Source: Armatimonadota bacterium (GTDB lineage: Bacteria > Armatimonadota > Zipacnadia > Zipacnadales > UBA5352). From it: 64,000 bases of DNA. The translations under genes were made by a program, and so were the position numbers. The DNA is taken from the NCBI GenBank assembly GCA_034722055.1, contig JAYENL010000243.1, positions 3,059 to 67,058 on the forward strand, read 5' to 3'. Below, one piece after another: positions 36,948-46,843 of the stretch (its first letter is position 1; each line of letters opens with the position of its first letter). The notes below the pieces were generated by a model, which searched no databases, was not told the origin of the DNA, and was given only the letters and a program-made list of their open reading frames with translations.

Positions 36948-39710
36948 ATGGAGGTCCAGGCATTGCACGCAACGACCATGAAGGCGTTCGGCATCGCGAT
37001 CTGCATTGGGGTGGTCGTAATGCTCGCGCCGCGATCTGGTGCTCAGCCGGCGGCCGAGGGCGTGGAGCTTCACGTGGCGGCGAAGGGGAGCGATGAGGCG
37101 CCTGGCACGCGCGCGCAGCCCTTCGCCACGCTGGAGCGCGCTCGTGACGCCATCCGGGAGATGAAGGCCGCTGAGGGCCTCCCGGACGGCGGCGTCACCG
37201 TGTGGCTGCGCGGCGGCCTGCACCGGCTGGAGGGTCCCTTCGAGCTGACGGAGGAGGACAGCGGGACGGAGGGCGCACCCATCGTCTACCGCGCCCGCCC
37301 CGGTGAGAGCACCATCCTCAGCGGCGGCGTGCGGGTGCCGCCATCAGCGTTCGGACCCGTCACGGACACCGCGGTGCTGGGCCGGCTGCCGCGGGCGGCG
37401 CAGAACAACGTGCTGCGGGCGGACCTGAAGGCGCTGGGCGTGGAGGACTACGGCTCAGCCGCGGGCGGCGGGCTGGAGGTGTTCTTCGGGGAGGAGCGCA
37501 TGACGCTGGCGCGGTGGCCGAACGAGGGCTTCGTGCGAATCGCGGATATCCTCGGCATCGAGCCGCGCGACGTCCGCGGCACCAAGGGCGACTCGGTAGG
37601 CAAGTTCGTCTACGAGGGCGACCGCCCCGAGCGCTGGGTCGGCGAGAGGGACCTGTGGCTGCACGGCTACTGGTTCTGGGACTGGGCCGACCAGCGCCAG
37701 CCGGTCAAGGAGATCGACCCGGAGGAGCGCACCATCGAGCTGGAGGAGCCCTATCACCACTACGGCTACCGCAAGGGCCAGTGGTACTACGCCTACAACG
37801 CCCTCGCGGAGCTGGACCGGCCGGGCGAGTGGTACCTCGGCCGTGAAGATGGCATCCTCTACTTCTGGCCCCCGGGCGACCTGGACGCCCGGACGCTTAC
37901 CGTCTCCGTCGTCGATAACCTGATCACCGTAGAGGATGCCTCATACCTGACCTTCCGCGGGCTGACGCTGGAGGCCCCGCGCGACACCGGGATTCGCATC
38001 AGCGGCGGCTCGCACAACAGCATCATTGGCTGCACCTTCCGCGACACCGGCGGTTTCGCCGCGCGCCTGTCCGGTACGAACCACCGCGTCGCTCACTGCG
38101 ACGCCTACCACATGGGTCAGGGCGGCTTCACCATCTCCGGCGGCGACCGCAAGACCCTCACGCCCGCGCACAACCTGGTCGAGAACTGCCACATCCACCA
38201 CTTCGGCGAGTGGAAGCGCATGTACGTGCCCGGCGTCTCCGTCCACGGCGTCGGCAATCGCGTGGCCCACAATCTCATCCACACCGCCCCCCACCAGGCC
38301 ATCTCCTTCGGCGGCAACGACCACATCATCGAGCTGAATGAGTTCCACAGCGTCTGCTACGAGTCCAACGACGCGGGCGCCATCTACTCCGGCCGCAACT
38401 GGACGATGCGCGGCACCGTGATCCGCCACAACTACATGCACCACGTCAACGGCCGCGGCGGACACGGCTGCGTGGGCGTCTACCTCGACGACATGTACTG
38501 CGGCACCGAGATCTCCGGCAATGTCTTCTACCGCGTCTACCGCGCTGCGTTCATCGGCGGCGGGCGCGACAACTCCATCCTCAACAACCTCTTCGTGGAG
38601 TGCCCGAGGGCCATCCACATCGACGCCCGCGCCATGGGCTGGGCCGCCGGCAGCGTGGACACCACCATGACCGACCGGCTCAACGAGATGCCCTACCAGA
38701 GCGACCTGTGGCGGGAGCGCTACCCGAAGCTGATAAACATCCTCGACGACGAGCCCGCCGCGCCGAAGGGCAACCTCGTGGCGCGCAACATCATCATCGG
38801 GCCATACCCGTGGAGGGACATCCAGAGCACCGCCGACCCCTTCCAGACGCTTGAGGACAACGTGGTGCTCGAGGACGTGGGTGAGGCGGACTTCGTGGAG
38901 GCAACCGAGACCAAGCTGCGGCTGCTGGACAGCTCTCCAGACGTGGGGATCGACTTCGAGCCGGTGCCCTTTGCGGAGATGGGCCTGTACGAGCACGAGG
39001 ACCGGCCGACCTGGCCGGTCCGGCACCAGGTGAAGCAGAGCGTCCTGCAGACGTGGCGGGAGCGGCAGGAGGCCGGCCTGCGGCGGCAGCAGGAGCGCGA
39101 GCGTGCGCGCGGCCCCCGCCCGGAGCACGCCATCGTGCCCTGCGCGGCCGAGATTACCATCGACGGGCGGCTCCGCAAGCACGAGTGGATGGGGCTGCGC
39201 CGCGAAGCGGGTATCGCCATCAAGGAGGGCATCTACGGCGAGCCCACCTCGCCGCCCAGCTTCGCGTGGCTCTGCCACGATGGCGACAGCCTGAAGGTGG
39301 CCATCGACAACCGGGTGGACGCCTCCAAGCCCCTGCGGACCGGCGATGACTGGGGATCCGACGACGCGGTGGAGATCGCCTTGCGCCATCCTGCCGGGCA
39401 CATCATCGTGCTGCGCGGCTATCCCTCGGGGCACTTCGAGAGCAGCGACGAGGCGGGAGCCCCGCAGGAGGCCGTCTCTCGCGCGGGGCAGGGCGTGCAG
39501 TACGCGGCTGCGGTCGTCTCCGAGGGCCGCTGGACCTGCGAGTGGGAGATCCCCTTCGCGTCCCTGGGCATCGAGCCCGAGCCGGAGCTGCGCCTTAACT
39601 TCAACATCAGCGTCCGGAAGTCGGCCCAGCCGCTGTGGCAGATGTGGCGCGGCACCGGCGCGCACACCTGGGACGTGGACACGGGCGGAATCGTCCGCTT
39701 TGTGCCCTGA
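36948..39710 (+). CDS. Secreted right-handed beta-helix protein (paralog of 16042..18594) with C-terminal CBM9/DOMON-like domain
   Basis: Signal peptide MKAFGIAICIGVVVMLAPRSGAQP. Conserved N-terminus (PFATLERARDAIREM...VTVWLRGGLHRLEGPFELTEEDSG...ILSGG). Beta-helix repeats. C-terminal beta-sandwich (AEITIDGRLRKHEWMGL…WTCEWEIPFASLGI). Confidence 0.75.
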   Translation: MEVQALHATTMKAFGIAICIGVVVMLAPRSGAQPAAEGVELHVAAKGSDEAPGTRAQPFATLERARDAIREMKAAEGLPDGGVTVWLRGGLHRLEGPFELTEEDSGTEGAPIVYRARPGESTILSGGVRVPPSAFGPVTDTAVLGRLPRAAQNNVLRADLKALGVEDYGSAAGGGLEVFFGEERMTLARWPNEGFVRIADILGIEPRDVRGTKGDSVGKFVYEGDRPERWVGERDLWLHGYWFWDWADQRQPVKEIDPEERTIELEEPYHHYGYRKGQWYYAYNALAELDRPGEWYLGREDGILYFWPPGDLDARTLTVSVVDNLITVEDASYLTFRGLTLEAPRDTGIRISGGSHNSIIGCTFRDTGGFAARLSGTNHRVAHCDAYHMGQGGFTISGGDRKTLTPAHNLVENCHIHHFGEWKRMYVPGVSVHGVGNRVAHNLIHTAPHQAISFGGNDHIIELNEFHSVCYESNDAGAIYSGRNWTMRGTVIRHNYMHHVNGRGGHGCVGVYLDDMYCGTEISGNVFYRVYRAAFIGGGRDNSILNNLFVECPRAIHIDARAMGWAAGSVDTTMTDRLNEMPYQSDLWRERYPKLINILDDEPAAPKGNLVARNIIIGPYPWRDIQSTADPFQTLEDNVVLEDVGEADFVEATETKLRLLDSSPDVGIDFEPVPFAEMGLYEHEDRPTWPVRHQVKQSVLQTWRERQEAGLRRQQERERARGPRPEHAIVPCAAEITIDGRLRKHEWMGLRREAGIAIKEGIYGEPTSPPSFAWLCHDGDSLKVAIDNRVDASKPLRTGDDWGSDDAVEIALRHPAGHIIVLRGYPSGHFESSDEAGAPQEAVSRAGQGVQYAAAVVSEGRWTCEWEIPFASLGIEPEPELRLNFNISVRKSAQPLWQMWRGTGAHTWDVDTGGIVRFVP

Positions 39711-39724
39711 GGCGCTGCGGCCCT

Positions 39725-42700
39725 TCAGTGCGCCTCGAAGCTGACCGTCGGCGAGAGCACCGCCCGCCAGGTGCCGTCATCGGCCCGGCGCAGGAGAGCC
39801 CACGTCGCGATGGCGAGGCGGTCGCCGGCACCGTACTCACAGAGCCGGAAGCCCGCGCTGCCGTCTCCATTCGCATCCACCAGCGCTTTGTCCAGCAACT
39901 CGGCGTTGACTTGCGGCCCGGGCACGAGGCTGATGCGCGTGCCGCTCGGCGCGCTGTGCCAGCCGCCCGCGGCGTCGCGCACTGTCCAGGACCGGGTGCC
40001 ATCTTCGTTCACGAGCCGCGTCCCTGCCAGGAAGGTCCCAAGCGCCCAGGGGCTGGGCGCCCCGTCCCGGACGCTTGCCTGCCCCACGCCCGCCACCCAG
40101 CCCTCATGCCGCAGCGCCGACGTGCTGAGCTGCAGCCGCGTGCCGTCGCGTCCCTGTGCAACCTCCACAATGCGGTGCATGGTGCTGTGCAGGTCGTTGA
40201 AGATACGCACGTGCTGCCCCACCAAACGCTCGTCGGCGGGGAGACCCGGAGCCGTGACGGTCTGCTCGGCGTAGTCACAGGCGGCGATCTCCCCCTCGAT
40301 TGCGAGCGCGTCGGCACGCAGGGAGAAGCCCGGCCCATCCAGGTGTGAGAACTCATAGGCTGTGACCGCCACCGGCTCCCCTCCGGCGAAGCGAACCAGC
40401 GCCGCTCTCCCGCGGAACTCGACTCCGGCTCCGCTGATCTCCCGCCCAGCCTCCGGCAACAGCAGCAGGAGGTCCGCGCCGCGGTCGTGGCTGATGCGAA
40501 GCGCCTGCGGCTCGCCGAACTCCCGCCCCGCCAGCCGGCTGCACTGGCTGAGCGCCGGCTGTCGCAGGTATGGCTCCACGACCGTCAGATAGCGGCCCCG
40601 GAGCGGCGCCTCACCGGCTCGCGTCAGCAGGCTGTAGCGCACCCGGTAGGCATCCGGCTGCGATGGCGGCCGTCCGGTGGCCAGCGCCAGTGACGCGCCA
40701 GCCTCGGGGAACTGATGCAGTCGCACGTGCGTATCGGCCTCGTCGCCGAGAGCATAGTCGATGATAAAGCGCTCGGCTGGCTCGCCCCGCTGCACCTGGG
40801 TCATGTGCGCCAGCGGCGTGTGCCGCTCTTCGCCGTCTGACTGCACGGCCTCGCCGTAGCCCACGTCCGGCCCGGCGACGGTTCCCGTCTCCTGAGCCTC
40901 CAGCTCCACGCCCTCGACCCTGACCTCGGCCTGCGGACCGTGGTAGCTGAGCACGTGCTCGCTCCCGGCGCGGACGTCGAAGAGGTCCACCGCGTAGAAG
41001 TCGTCCTCGTCGATGTCCACCAGGGCCAGCATTCGGCGCGCGACGTCGGCCTCGCCGGTGAGGTCGCCCGTCTCCGTCTGGGCGAACTGCAGAAGGGGCG
41101 TCCCATCGAGGATCGCGTCAGGCGGGACCGTCCCCAGCGCCCGCAGCCGGCCCCGTTGCTTCCCGGGCGGGAACTTGCCGCCATCCACCGTGATGGTGTT
41201 ATGCGTCAGCGAGTGCGACTCCCAGCGTCCAGCGTGCTCCCAGGACTTGGGGTATCCCAGGTCCGGCAGCAGGTCCAGCCCGCGGCCGGCCAGGCCGCAC
41301 AGGAGGCTGTCGCTGTGCGCGTGCGACAGGAGCTGCCCGTACCAGGCCCACAGCACCCGGCGGCTCTCGCCCTCTCCGCTGCGCAGGAACGCCAGGCCGT
41401 AGTCGTCCTGCACCTGCGTTCGGCGTGGCAGCATATCCGGAGCCGCCTCCCGGGCCTTCGCCAGCTCCTCGAGGGGCAGGTCGCTCCACAGCGACGGCTC
41501 TGGCGGCCGGTCCTCGAGCCCGTACGCCACCCGCGCCAGCTTCGCCGCGAGCGGCAGGTTGCGGTACCGCTCCCAGGCCTGCGCAGCGCGGTCGCGGCCC
41601 ACCACGCTCAGGCGCTGTGGCTCGGTGTGCTCGGGGATTACTGTATTGCCGCCGACATCCCCGATCGTGGGCAGCCAGCGGTCCAGGAGCAGATAGTCCG
41701 TGTAGTAGTCGAACTGCGCCGCGAAGCGGGGGTCGTCCCACAGGCTGGGGTAGCGGTCGCGGGGCAGCCCCGGCGCCTGCTCTGCGAAGTAGCGCTCCAG
41801 CACATCCAGCGCCTCCACCATGTTCAGCCGCGAGGCGTTATAGCCGGTGCTCTCGAAGGAGCTGCCATCGCTGGCGATGAGGTTCGCGAAGTAGCGCAGG
41901 GCGCCGTAGATGCGGTAGTAGAGGAAGTCCAGCAGGTCCCGGCAGTTCGGGAAGCGCTCCGAGTCCGGGTCATCGAGGGCCAGCAGCAGCCACGCGATCC
42001 CTCGATGATGGTACCCGGCGTTGCCCTGGATGGCCGTATCGCAGTATTGCTGGCCGATCCGCCGCAGGAGGCTCTCCTCGATGTACAGCCGCAGGTCCTC
42101 GTGGGTCTGGATCTGCGGGATCTCCTCGCGCGCCAGCGCCAGAAGCTCGTCATCGTCATCGAGGAACGGGAAGACCGCGTCGTAGGCCCAGCCGTAGTTG
42201 CGCCCCTCGTAGCTCGACCAGATGCGGTCGGTGATGGCACCCGCCCTGTGGCCCACCCGCTGCTCGAAGGAGCGCTGGTAGCGGTCCTCGGAGTTCGACC
42301 ACTGCTGCGCCCCCCGCAGGAGCATGACGCTGAGCTTGTGCGCCAGCTCCCGGTCATCGGTCAGCGCCACGGCCTGCGCCAGCGTGCGCAGGTAGGGGCT
42401 GAAGTAGGTGCGATAGACCCAGTGCGTGTACTCGCCCAGGAAGTAGTAGGTCTCCCCGTCGATGGTGCAGCCGGTGCCGTCGTCGGGGTACTCACCGCCG
42501 GTCATCTCCCCGGCCGCGAAGTCGTTGGTCGGAAAGCGCCGCTTGCACACCGGGCACTGCATCTTGTAGGGGTGCTCGAACGGCTCCAGGATCCAGGGGT
42601 GGAATGCAGAGACCTCCTTGATCTTCAGCCCGCAGATGGGGCAGCCGGCGTTCTGATTCACATAGTAGGTGCGGCGGATCGTGCTCGGCGCCAGCAGCTC

Positions 42701-43816
42701 CCACAGCTCCCGGTCGCTGTGCGATGCGATCTCGCGCGCCTCCGCAATGATGTTCTCTGCGGCCTCGCGGACGCTCGGATGCTGCTGCATCCTCTGGCGG
42801 ACGCCGGCCATGTACCGCTCGGTGTAGATGGTGCGCTCGTCCTTCACCGGCCTGGCGTCAACCGGCAGATACTGGCGCGAGGGGTCCAGCCCGGCACAGG
42901 CCTCCGTGGAGAGATCGTTGGTAACGTAGAGCGCGTCCACGATGGCGTAGTCATCGATCCTCTGCACGATCTCCAGGGCCAGCCGGCTCACCGGCTGTGC
43001 AACCTCCACCACGCCGATCTCGTTCCAGCCGCTCCGCAGCGGCGTGAACTGCATTGACGCCTCGCCCAGCCGGACTCGCCCGATCCAGAACGTGTTCCCG
43101 GCGCGGGCGAACAGCTTGTAGCTCCCCGGCGGTAGCGGAGGGTCCACCTGCGTCCAGATCTCGCCCTCTCCACTGGTGTTGACCGCCGCCCGCAGCCTGG
43201 AGTGGGTGACCCGGGAGTACCACATCCAGCCATCGGCCAGCGACAGGTCCTCTCCCCGCCCGTCCATCCCCTCGAAGTCCTCGCACTCGTAGACGCGATG
43301 CACCTCTCCGGGCTTGAGCCTGCGCTGCGGCGGATTCGGCGGACGCTCCGGCAGCGGCGGGATGATCTCGATCTCCCCCAGCACGGTTGAGAGGTTGCTG
43401 CCCTCCTCGTCCACGTAGCGGACGTGCACCCACTGGCCTTCCCGCTTGTCGTAGTGGTCCACCGTCACGCGATAGGTGCCGGGCGCCGCGTCCTCGGGGA
43501 TCGGAACGCGGTAGAGCGCCCTCTTGGTCACCCCGAGCTCGTCCGCCGGCCCGAACAGCGCCCCCACAGGCCCATGGGTGATGCGACGGCCCTCGCCTGC
43601 CGGCGTGAGGTCTACGCCCACCCGCCAGCCATCGCGCAAAGGCTCCACCACCGAGAACCGGGCGGCGATAGGCACCGTCGCGCCTGCAGGCGCCCGCTCG
43701 GGGAGCAGGACCTCCTCCACACGTAGCACGTCGGCGGCGTGAGCCGCCGGAAGTGAGCATATCGCGGCCACCATCAGCGCGGGCGTCAGTCGTGGAGTGC
43801 TGCCGAGACTTGGCAT
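39725..43816 (-). CDS. Large (1363 aa) secreted heparinase II/III-like / alginate-lyase-family polysaccharide lyase with Cys4 zinc-ribbon-like insert
   Basis: Start at the internal signal peptide MPSLGSTPRLTPALMVAAICSLPAAHAADV; the first 321 codons of the track ORF are Arg-rich antisense shadow. Heparinase II/III motif SHAHSDSLLCGLAGRGLDLLPDLGYPKSWEHAGRWESHSLTHNTITVDGG. Cys motif CPICGLKIKEVSAFHPWILEPFEHPYKMQCPVCKRRF. Confidence 0.7.
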   Translation of the reverse strand: MPSLGSTPRLTPALMVAAICSLPAAHAADVLRVEEVLLPERAPAGATVPIAARFSVVEPLRDGWRVGVDLTPAGEGRRITHGPVGALFGPADELGVTKRALYRVPIPEDAAPGTYRVTVDHYDKREGQWVHVRYVDEEGSNLSTVLGEIEIIPPLPERPPNPPQRRLKPGEVHRVYECEDFEGMDGRGEDLSLADGWMWYSRVTHSRLRAAVNTSGEGEIWTQVDPPLPPGSYKLFARAGNTFWIGRVRLGEASMQFTPLRSGWNEIGVVEVAQPVSRLALEIVQRIDDYAIVDALYVTNDLSTEACAGLDPSRQYLPVDARPVKDERTIYTERYMAGVRQRMQQHPSVREAAENIIAEAREIASHSDRELWELLAPSTIRRTYYVNQNAGCPICGLKIKEVSAFHPWILEPFEHPYKMQCPVCKRRFPTNDFAAGEMTGGEYPDDGTGCTIDGETYYFLGEYTHWVYRTYFSPYLRTLAQAVALTDDRELAHKLSVMLLRGAQQWSNSEDRYQRSFEQRVGHRAGAITDRIWSSYEGRNYGWAYDAVFPFLDDDDELLALAREEIPQIQTHEDLRLYIEESLLRRIGQQYCDTAIQGNAGYHHRGIAWLLLALDDPDSERFPNCRDLLDFLYYRIYGALRYFANLIASDGSSFESTGYNASRLNMVEALDVLERYFAEQAPGLPRDRYPSLWDDPRFAAQFDYYTDYLLLDRWLPTIGDVGGNTVIPEHTEPQRLSVVGRDRAAQAWERYRNLPLAAKLARVAYGLEDRPPEPSLWSDLPLEELAKAREAAPDMLPRRTQVQDDYGLAFLRSGEGESRRVLWAWYGQLLSHAHSDSLLCGLAGRGLDLLPDLGYPKSWEHAGRWESHSLTHNTITVDGGKFPPGKQRGRLRALGTVPPDAILDGTPLLQFAQTETGDLTGEADVARRMLALVDIDEDDFYAVDLFDVRAGSEHVLSYHGPQAEVRVEGVELEAQETGTVAGPDVGYGEAVQSDGEERHTPLAHMTQVQRGEPAERFIIDYALGDEADTHVRLHQFPEAGASLALATGRPPSQPDAYRVRYSLLTRAGEAPLRGRYLTVVEPYLRQPALSQCSRLAGREFGEPQALRISHDRGADLLLLLPEAGREISGAGVEFRGRAALVRFAGGEPVAVTAYEFSHLDGPGFSLRADALAIEGEIAACDYAEQTVTAPGLPADERLVGQHVRIFNDLHSTMHRIVEVAQGRDGTRLQLSTSALRHEGWVAGVGQASVRDGAPSPWALGTFLAGTRLVNEDGTRSWTVRDAAGGWHSAPSGTRISLVPGPQVNAELLDKALVDANGDGSAGFRLCEYGAGDRLAIATWALLRRADDGTWRAVLSPTVSFEAH

Positions 43817-44260
43817 GGCGCCGTCGGGTTTCGCGCTGGTATCGCGCCTGACCTCTGAGGGCCCTGCGCCCTGCCTCATGCACCGCCTGCCGCTGCCGAA
43901 GCCGCAACCGCTCATGACCGACTGCCGGACCGACAGGGAACCGCGCCCTGCCGTACGGCCTGGCGGTAAGGCCGTGGAGGCGGAGTGGCCCGCACACGAA
44001 TGGCGTACGACAAACGGCCCGCCGGCTGGGCGCCCTCCCGTCCTCCTCGTCATGGGAGGCGGGCGCCCTCGCCCGCCTGCGGGCCGAAGGCCCGCTCTGA
44101 CGCGGCGGCGCGGCGAGAACGACTGGCGACACACGGCCGGCGGGTCTAAAGACGCCGCCGCTCCGGACGACAACGGCAGCGACTCGCAGGTGCGTGGACG
44201 GGTCCGGCGAAGGCACTGCAAGCGCGCCCAGAGGCATGATCGCAGGGAGAGCCGCGAACG

Positions 44261-45253
44261 ATGCCTGGGAACTGGGACTTCGCCGAGTTGGATGCGGAGA
44301 TCGCCGCGGACCTGAAGGGCTTCCTGCCGCCGCAACTGTTCGATGCTCACGCGCACCTGTATCGCATCGAGGACCTGCCGGAGGTCCCGCCGCTGATGCA
44401 GGAGGGCCCCGGCGACGCCACGCCCGATACCTGGCGAACGCACCTGGGCCGGCAGGTCGGAGAGGAGCGCATTACGGGCGCGCTCTTCATGCCCTTCCCG
44501 CTGCCCGGCGCTGACGTCGCGGCCCTCAATCGGCGGCTGATGGAGGACCTGGAGCGTGCCCCGGAGAGCCGCGGCGCGGTGCTGATCCCGCCCGACGGTG
44601 GCCCTGAGGCGCTGCAGGAGCCCCTCGAGCACCCCCGCGCGGTGGGCCTCAAGCCCTACCACAGCCTCATCGCACGCGAGAGTACCTTCGAGGCCGCGCT
44701 GGGGGAGTACCTGCCGCCGTGGGCGTGGCAGTTGGCGGATGAGCGTGGTCTGGTGATCGTCCTTCACCTGGTACGGCACGGAGCGCTCTCGGACCCGAGC
44801 AACCAGGAGCAGCTTCTCGCGATGTGCCGGCAGTTACCCGGCGCGCGTGTGCTGCTGGCCCATGCCGCCCGCGGCTTCCACGCCCCCAACACGGTCCGTG
44901 GGGTGGAGGCGATCGCGTCGCTGGAGAACGTCTGGTTCGACAGCTCGGGCATCTGCGAGGCCGCGCCGCTGGTGGCCGTGCTACAGACCTTCGGGCCGGA
45001 GCGGCTGTTGTGGGGCAGTGACTTCCCGGTCACCCAGATCCGGGGCCGCTGCGTCACCGTGGGCGACGGCTTCGCGTGGCTCGACCAGACGTCGGTGGAC
45101 TGGTCGGTCCTGAAGCCGCCGTGCAGGCCGACGCTGGTGGGGCTGGAGTCCCTCCGGGCCCTGCGCGAGGCCGTGCAGATCACTGGGCTGAGCAGCAGTC
45201 AGGTGCAGGACATCTTCCACGGCAATGCACGGCGGCTGTTCGAGCTTCCGTGA
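44261..45253 (+). CDS. Amidohydrolase-2 family TIM-barrel metal-dependent hydrolase
   Basis: LFDAHAHLY near the N-terminus, LLWGSDFPV near the C-terminus. SD GGGAGA 10 nt upstream. Confidence 0.7.
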   Translation: MPGNWDFAELDAEIAADLKGFLPPQLFDAHAHLYRIEDLPEVPPLMQEGPGDATPDTWRTHLGRQVGEERITGALFMPFPLPGADVAALNRRLMEDLERAPESRGAVLIPPDGGPEALQEPLEHPRAVGLKPYHSLIARESTFEAALGEYLPPWAWQLADERGLVIVLHLVRHGALSDPSNQEQLLAMCRQLPGARVLLAHAARGFHAPNTVRGVEAIASLENVWFDSSGICEAAPLVAVLQTFGPERLLWGSDFPVTQIRGRCVTVGDGFAWLDQTSVDWSVLKPPCRPTLVGLESLRALREAVQITGLSSSQVQDIFHGNARRLFELP

Positions 45254-45346
45254 CCCAACCTGCACGAAGCGGGCGACGCCGGTCGGCGCCGCCCTGAAAT
45301 CTGACACAACTGCCCGTGAGCGCCCACGCCCGGGCTGGTTCGGCAG

Positions 45347-45784
45347 CTACGGCACGGTCTCCTCGTCCACGTCGCACTCCTCGTCGGCCACGTCCTCGGT
45401 ACGCGTGTGCATCATGAACTTCTCGCGGGCGTCCTGGGCCAGCTCGAACTCACGCGAGAAGCTGATGGAGCCCTTGTGGCAGGAGTGCGCGCACTGCCCA
45501 CAGAATATACACCGATCCATCTCGAACTCCAGATGCCCCGTCAGCTCCTTGGTGCCGTCCTCCCTCTCAACACGCTTGCGCACGACCTTGATGACGTCGG
45601 CCGGGCAGTCCCGCTGGCACAGCCCGCACAGCGTGCACTCGCTGGAGTCGTACTGCAGCCGGCCCCGAAAGCGCTCCGGGGGCTCCAGGCGCTCCGCCGG
45701 ATACAGCACGGTCGCCCGCTTGCGCACCAGCAGGCTCTCCATCAGCTCCATGGCCATGGCCGCTATGCCGAATCGTCGAGGCAT
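45347..45784 (-). CDS. 2x[4Fe-4S] ferredoxin subunit (NuoI/MbhN-like) of the complex-I-like hydrogenase module
   Basis: Two CxxCxxCxxxCP motifs (CTLCGLCQRDCP; CIFCGQCAHSCH). Confidence 0.85.
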   Translation of the reverse strand: MPRRFGIAAMAMELMESLLVRKRATVLYPAERLEPPERFRGRLQYDSSECTLCGLCQRDCPADVIKVVRKRVEREDGTKELTGHLEFEMDRCIFCGQCAHSCHKGSISFSREFELAQDAREKFMMHTRTEDVADEECDVDEETVP

Positions 45785-45787
45785 TGT

Positions 45788-46768
45788 CTACACTCCCAGT
45801 TGGTGGACCATTACAGCGATGGCGCCGATGTTGATCAGGGCCGGAATGCCCAGCCACAGAAGGCACCACTGCACCATCTGCTCGATGCGCAGGCGGGCCA
45901 TGGCTGCCTGGGCCAGTGACAGGAAGAAGACGATCAGCAGGATCTTGACGCCCAGCACGATCATGCCGACGAGCCCCCCCACCCAGGGCCCCATGGCCTG
46001 GTAGGAGATACCCCAGAAGTCCGGGCCGCCCAGGAACAACGCTGCGATCAGGGCCGAGCCCACGATGGTCTCAGTCAGGAAGGTCAGCTTCCACACCGCC
46101 AGCCGCCGTCCGGTGTACTCCACCTCCGGACCCGAGACGATCTCCGTATTTGCCTGCGGGATGTCGAAGGGAACGCGCTCGAGCTTGCCGATCAGCGCGA
46201 CCATCGCCACGATGAAGCTCAGCGGGGCGAGGGCGATCAGCCAGTGACCTCCGAACTGCGCCAAGGTGACGTCACTGATCGACCAGCTTCCCGCCGCGAT
46301 GGCCGGTCCCAGGCAGGCCAGGAAGAAGGGCACCTCATAGCCGAAGAGCTGTGAGAGCACGCGCGTGGAGCCGATGGTGGCGAAGGGATTCGTGGAGTAC
46401 CAGCCGCCCAGGAAGAGCGCGAAGGCCGGCAGCGTCAGCAGATAGACGACCACGATCAGATCGCCCTGGAAGGACTCCACGGCCTCCGGGGCCCACACCG
46501 GGATGTAGACGATGGAGGCGATGACTCCCGCCAGCGCGATCAGCGGCGCCACCACGAACATCGTGCGGTTGGCGTGCTCGGGAACGATGTCCTCCTTGGC
46601 CAGCAGCTTGATCAGATCGGCAAGGGGCTGCAGGATGGGAGGGCCAACGCGGTTCTGGAACTTCGCGATCAGCTTGCGGTCCACCCAGGACGCGAAGAGC
46701 CCGAAGGCCACCAGGAACAGGAACCCCGGGAAGACCATGATGTGAAACAGCGGCCGCAGAACCTGCAT
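45788..46768 (-). CDS. Membrane subunit NuoH/MbhM-like
   Basis: Eight-TM protein with the NuoH signature …FQNRVGPPILQPLADLIKLLAKED…. Confidence 0.85.
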   Translation of the reverse strand: MQVLRPLFHIMVFPGFLFLVAFGLFASWVDRKLIAKFQNRVGPPILQPLADLIKLLAKEDIVPEHANRTMFVVAPLIALAGVIASIVYIPVWAPEAVESFQGDLIVVVYLLTLPAFALFLGGWYSTNPFATIGSTRVLSQLFGYEVPFFLACLGPAIAAGSWSISDVTLAQFGGHWLIALAPLSFIVAMVALIGKLERVPFDIPQANTEIVSGPEVEYTGRRLAVWKLTFLTETIVGSALIAALFLGGPDFWGISYQAMGPWVGGLVGMIVLGVKILLIVFFLSLAQAAMARLRIEQMVQWCLLWLGIPALINIGAIAVMVHQLGV

Positions 46769-46843
46769 TGCCGGTCCTCTCGTCTCCCGTAGACCCCGGG
46801 CGGCGCACGAGTAGGCTCTCGCGGCCCACCCGAGGGTGATGGC

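Noticed and set aside
43817-44779. N-terminal 321-codon extension of the heparinase-like ORF, overlapping the amidohydrolase gene on the other strand
   Set aside because: It has no signal peptide or domains, is Arg-rich, and overlaps a bona fide + strand amidohydrolase gene. The internal start gives a clean signal peptide.
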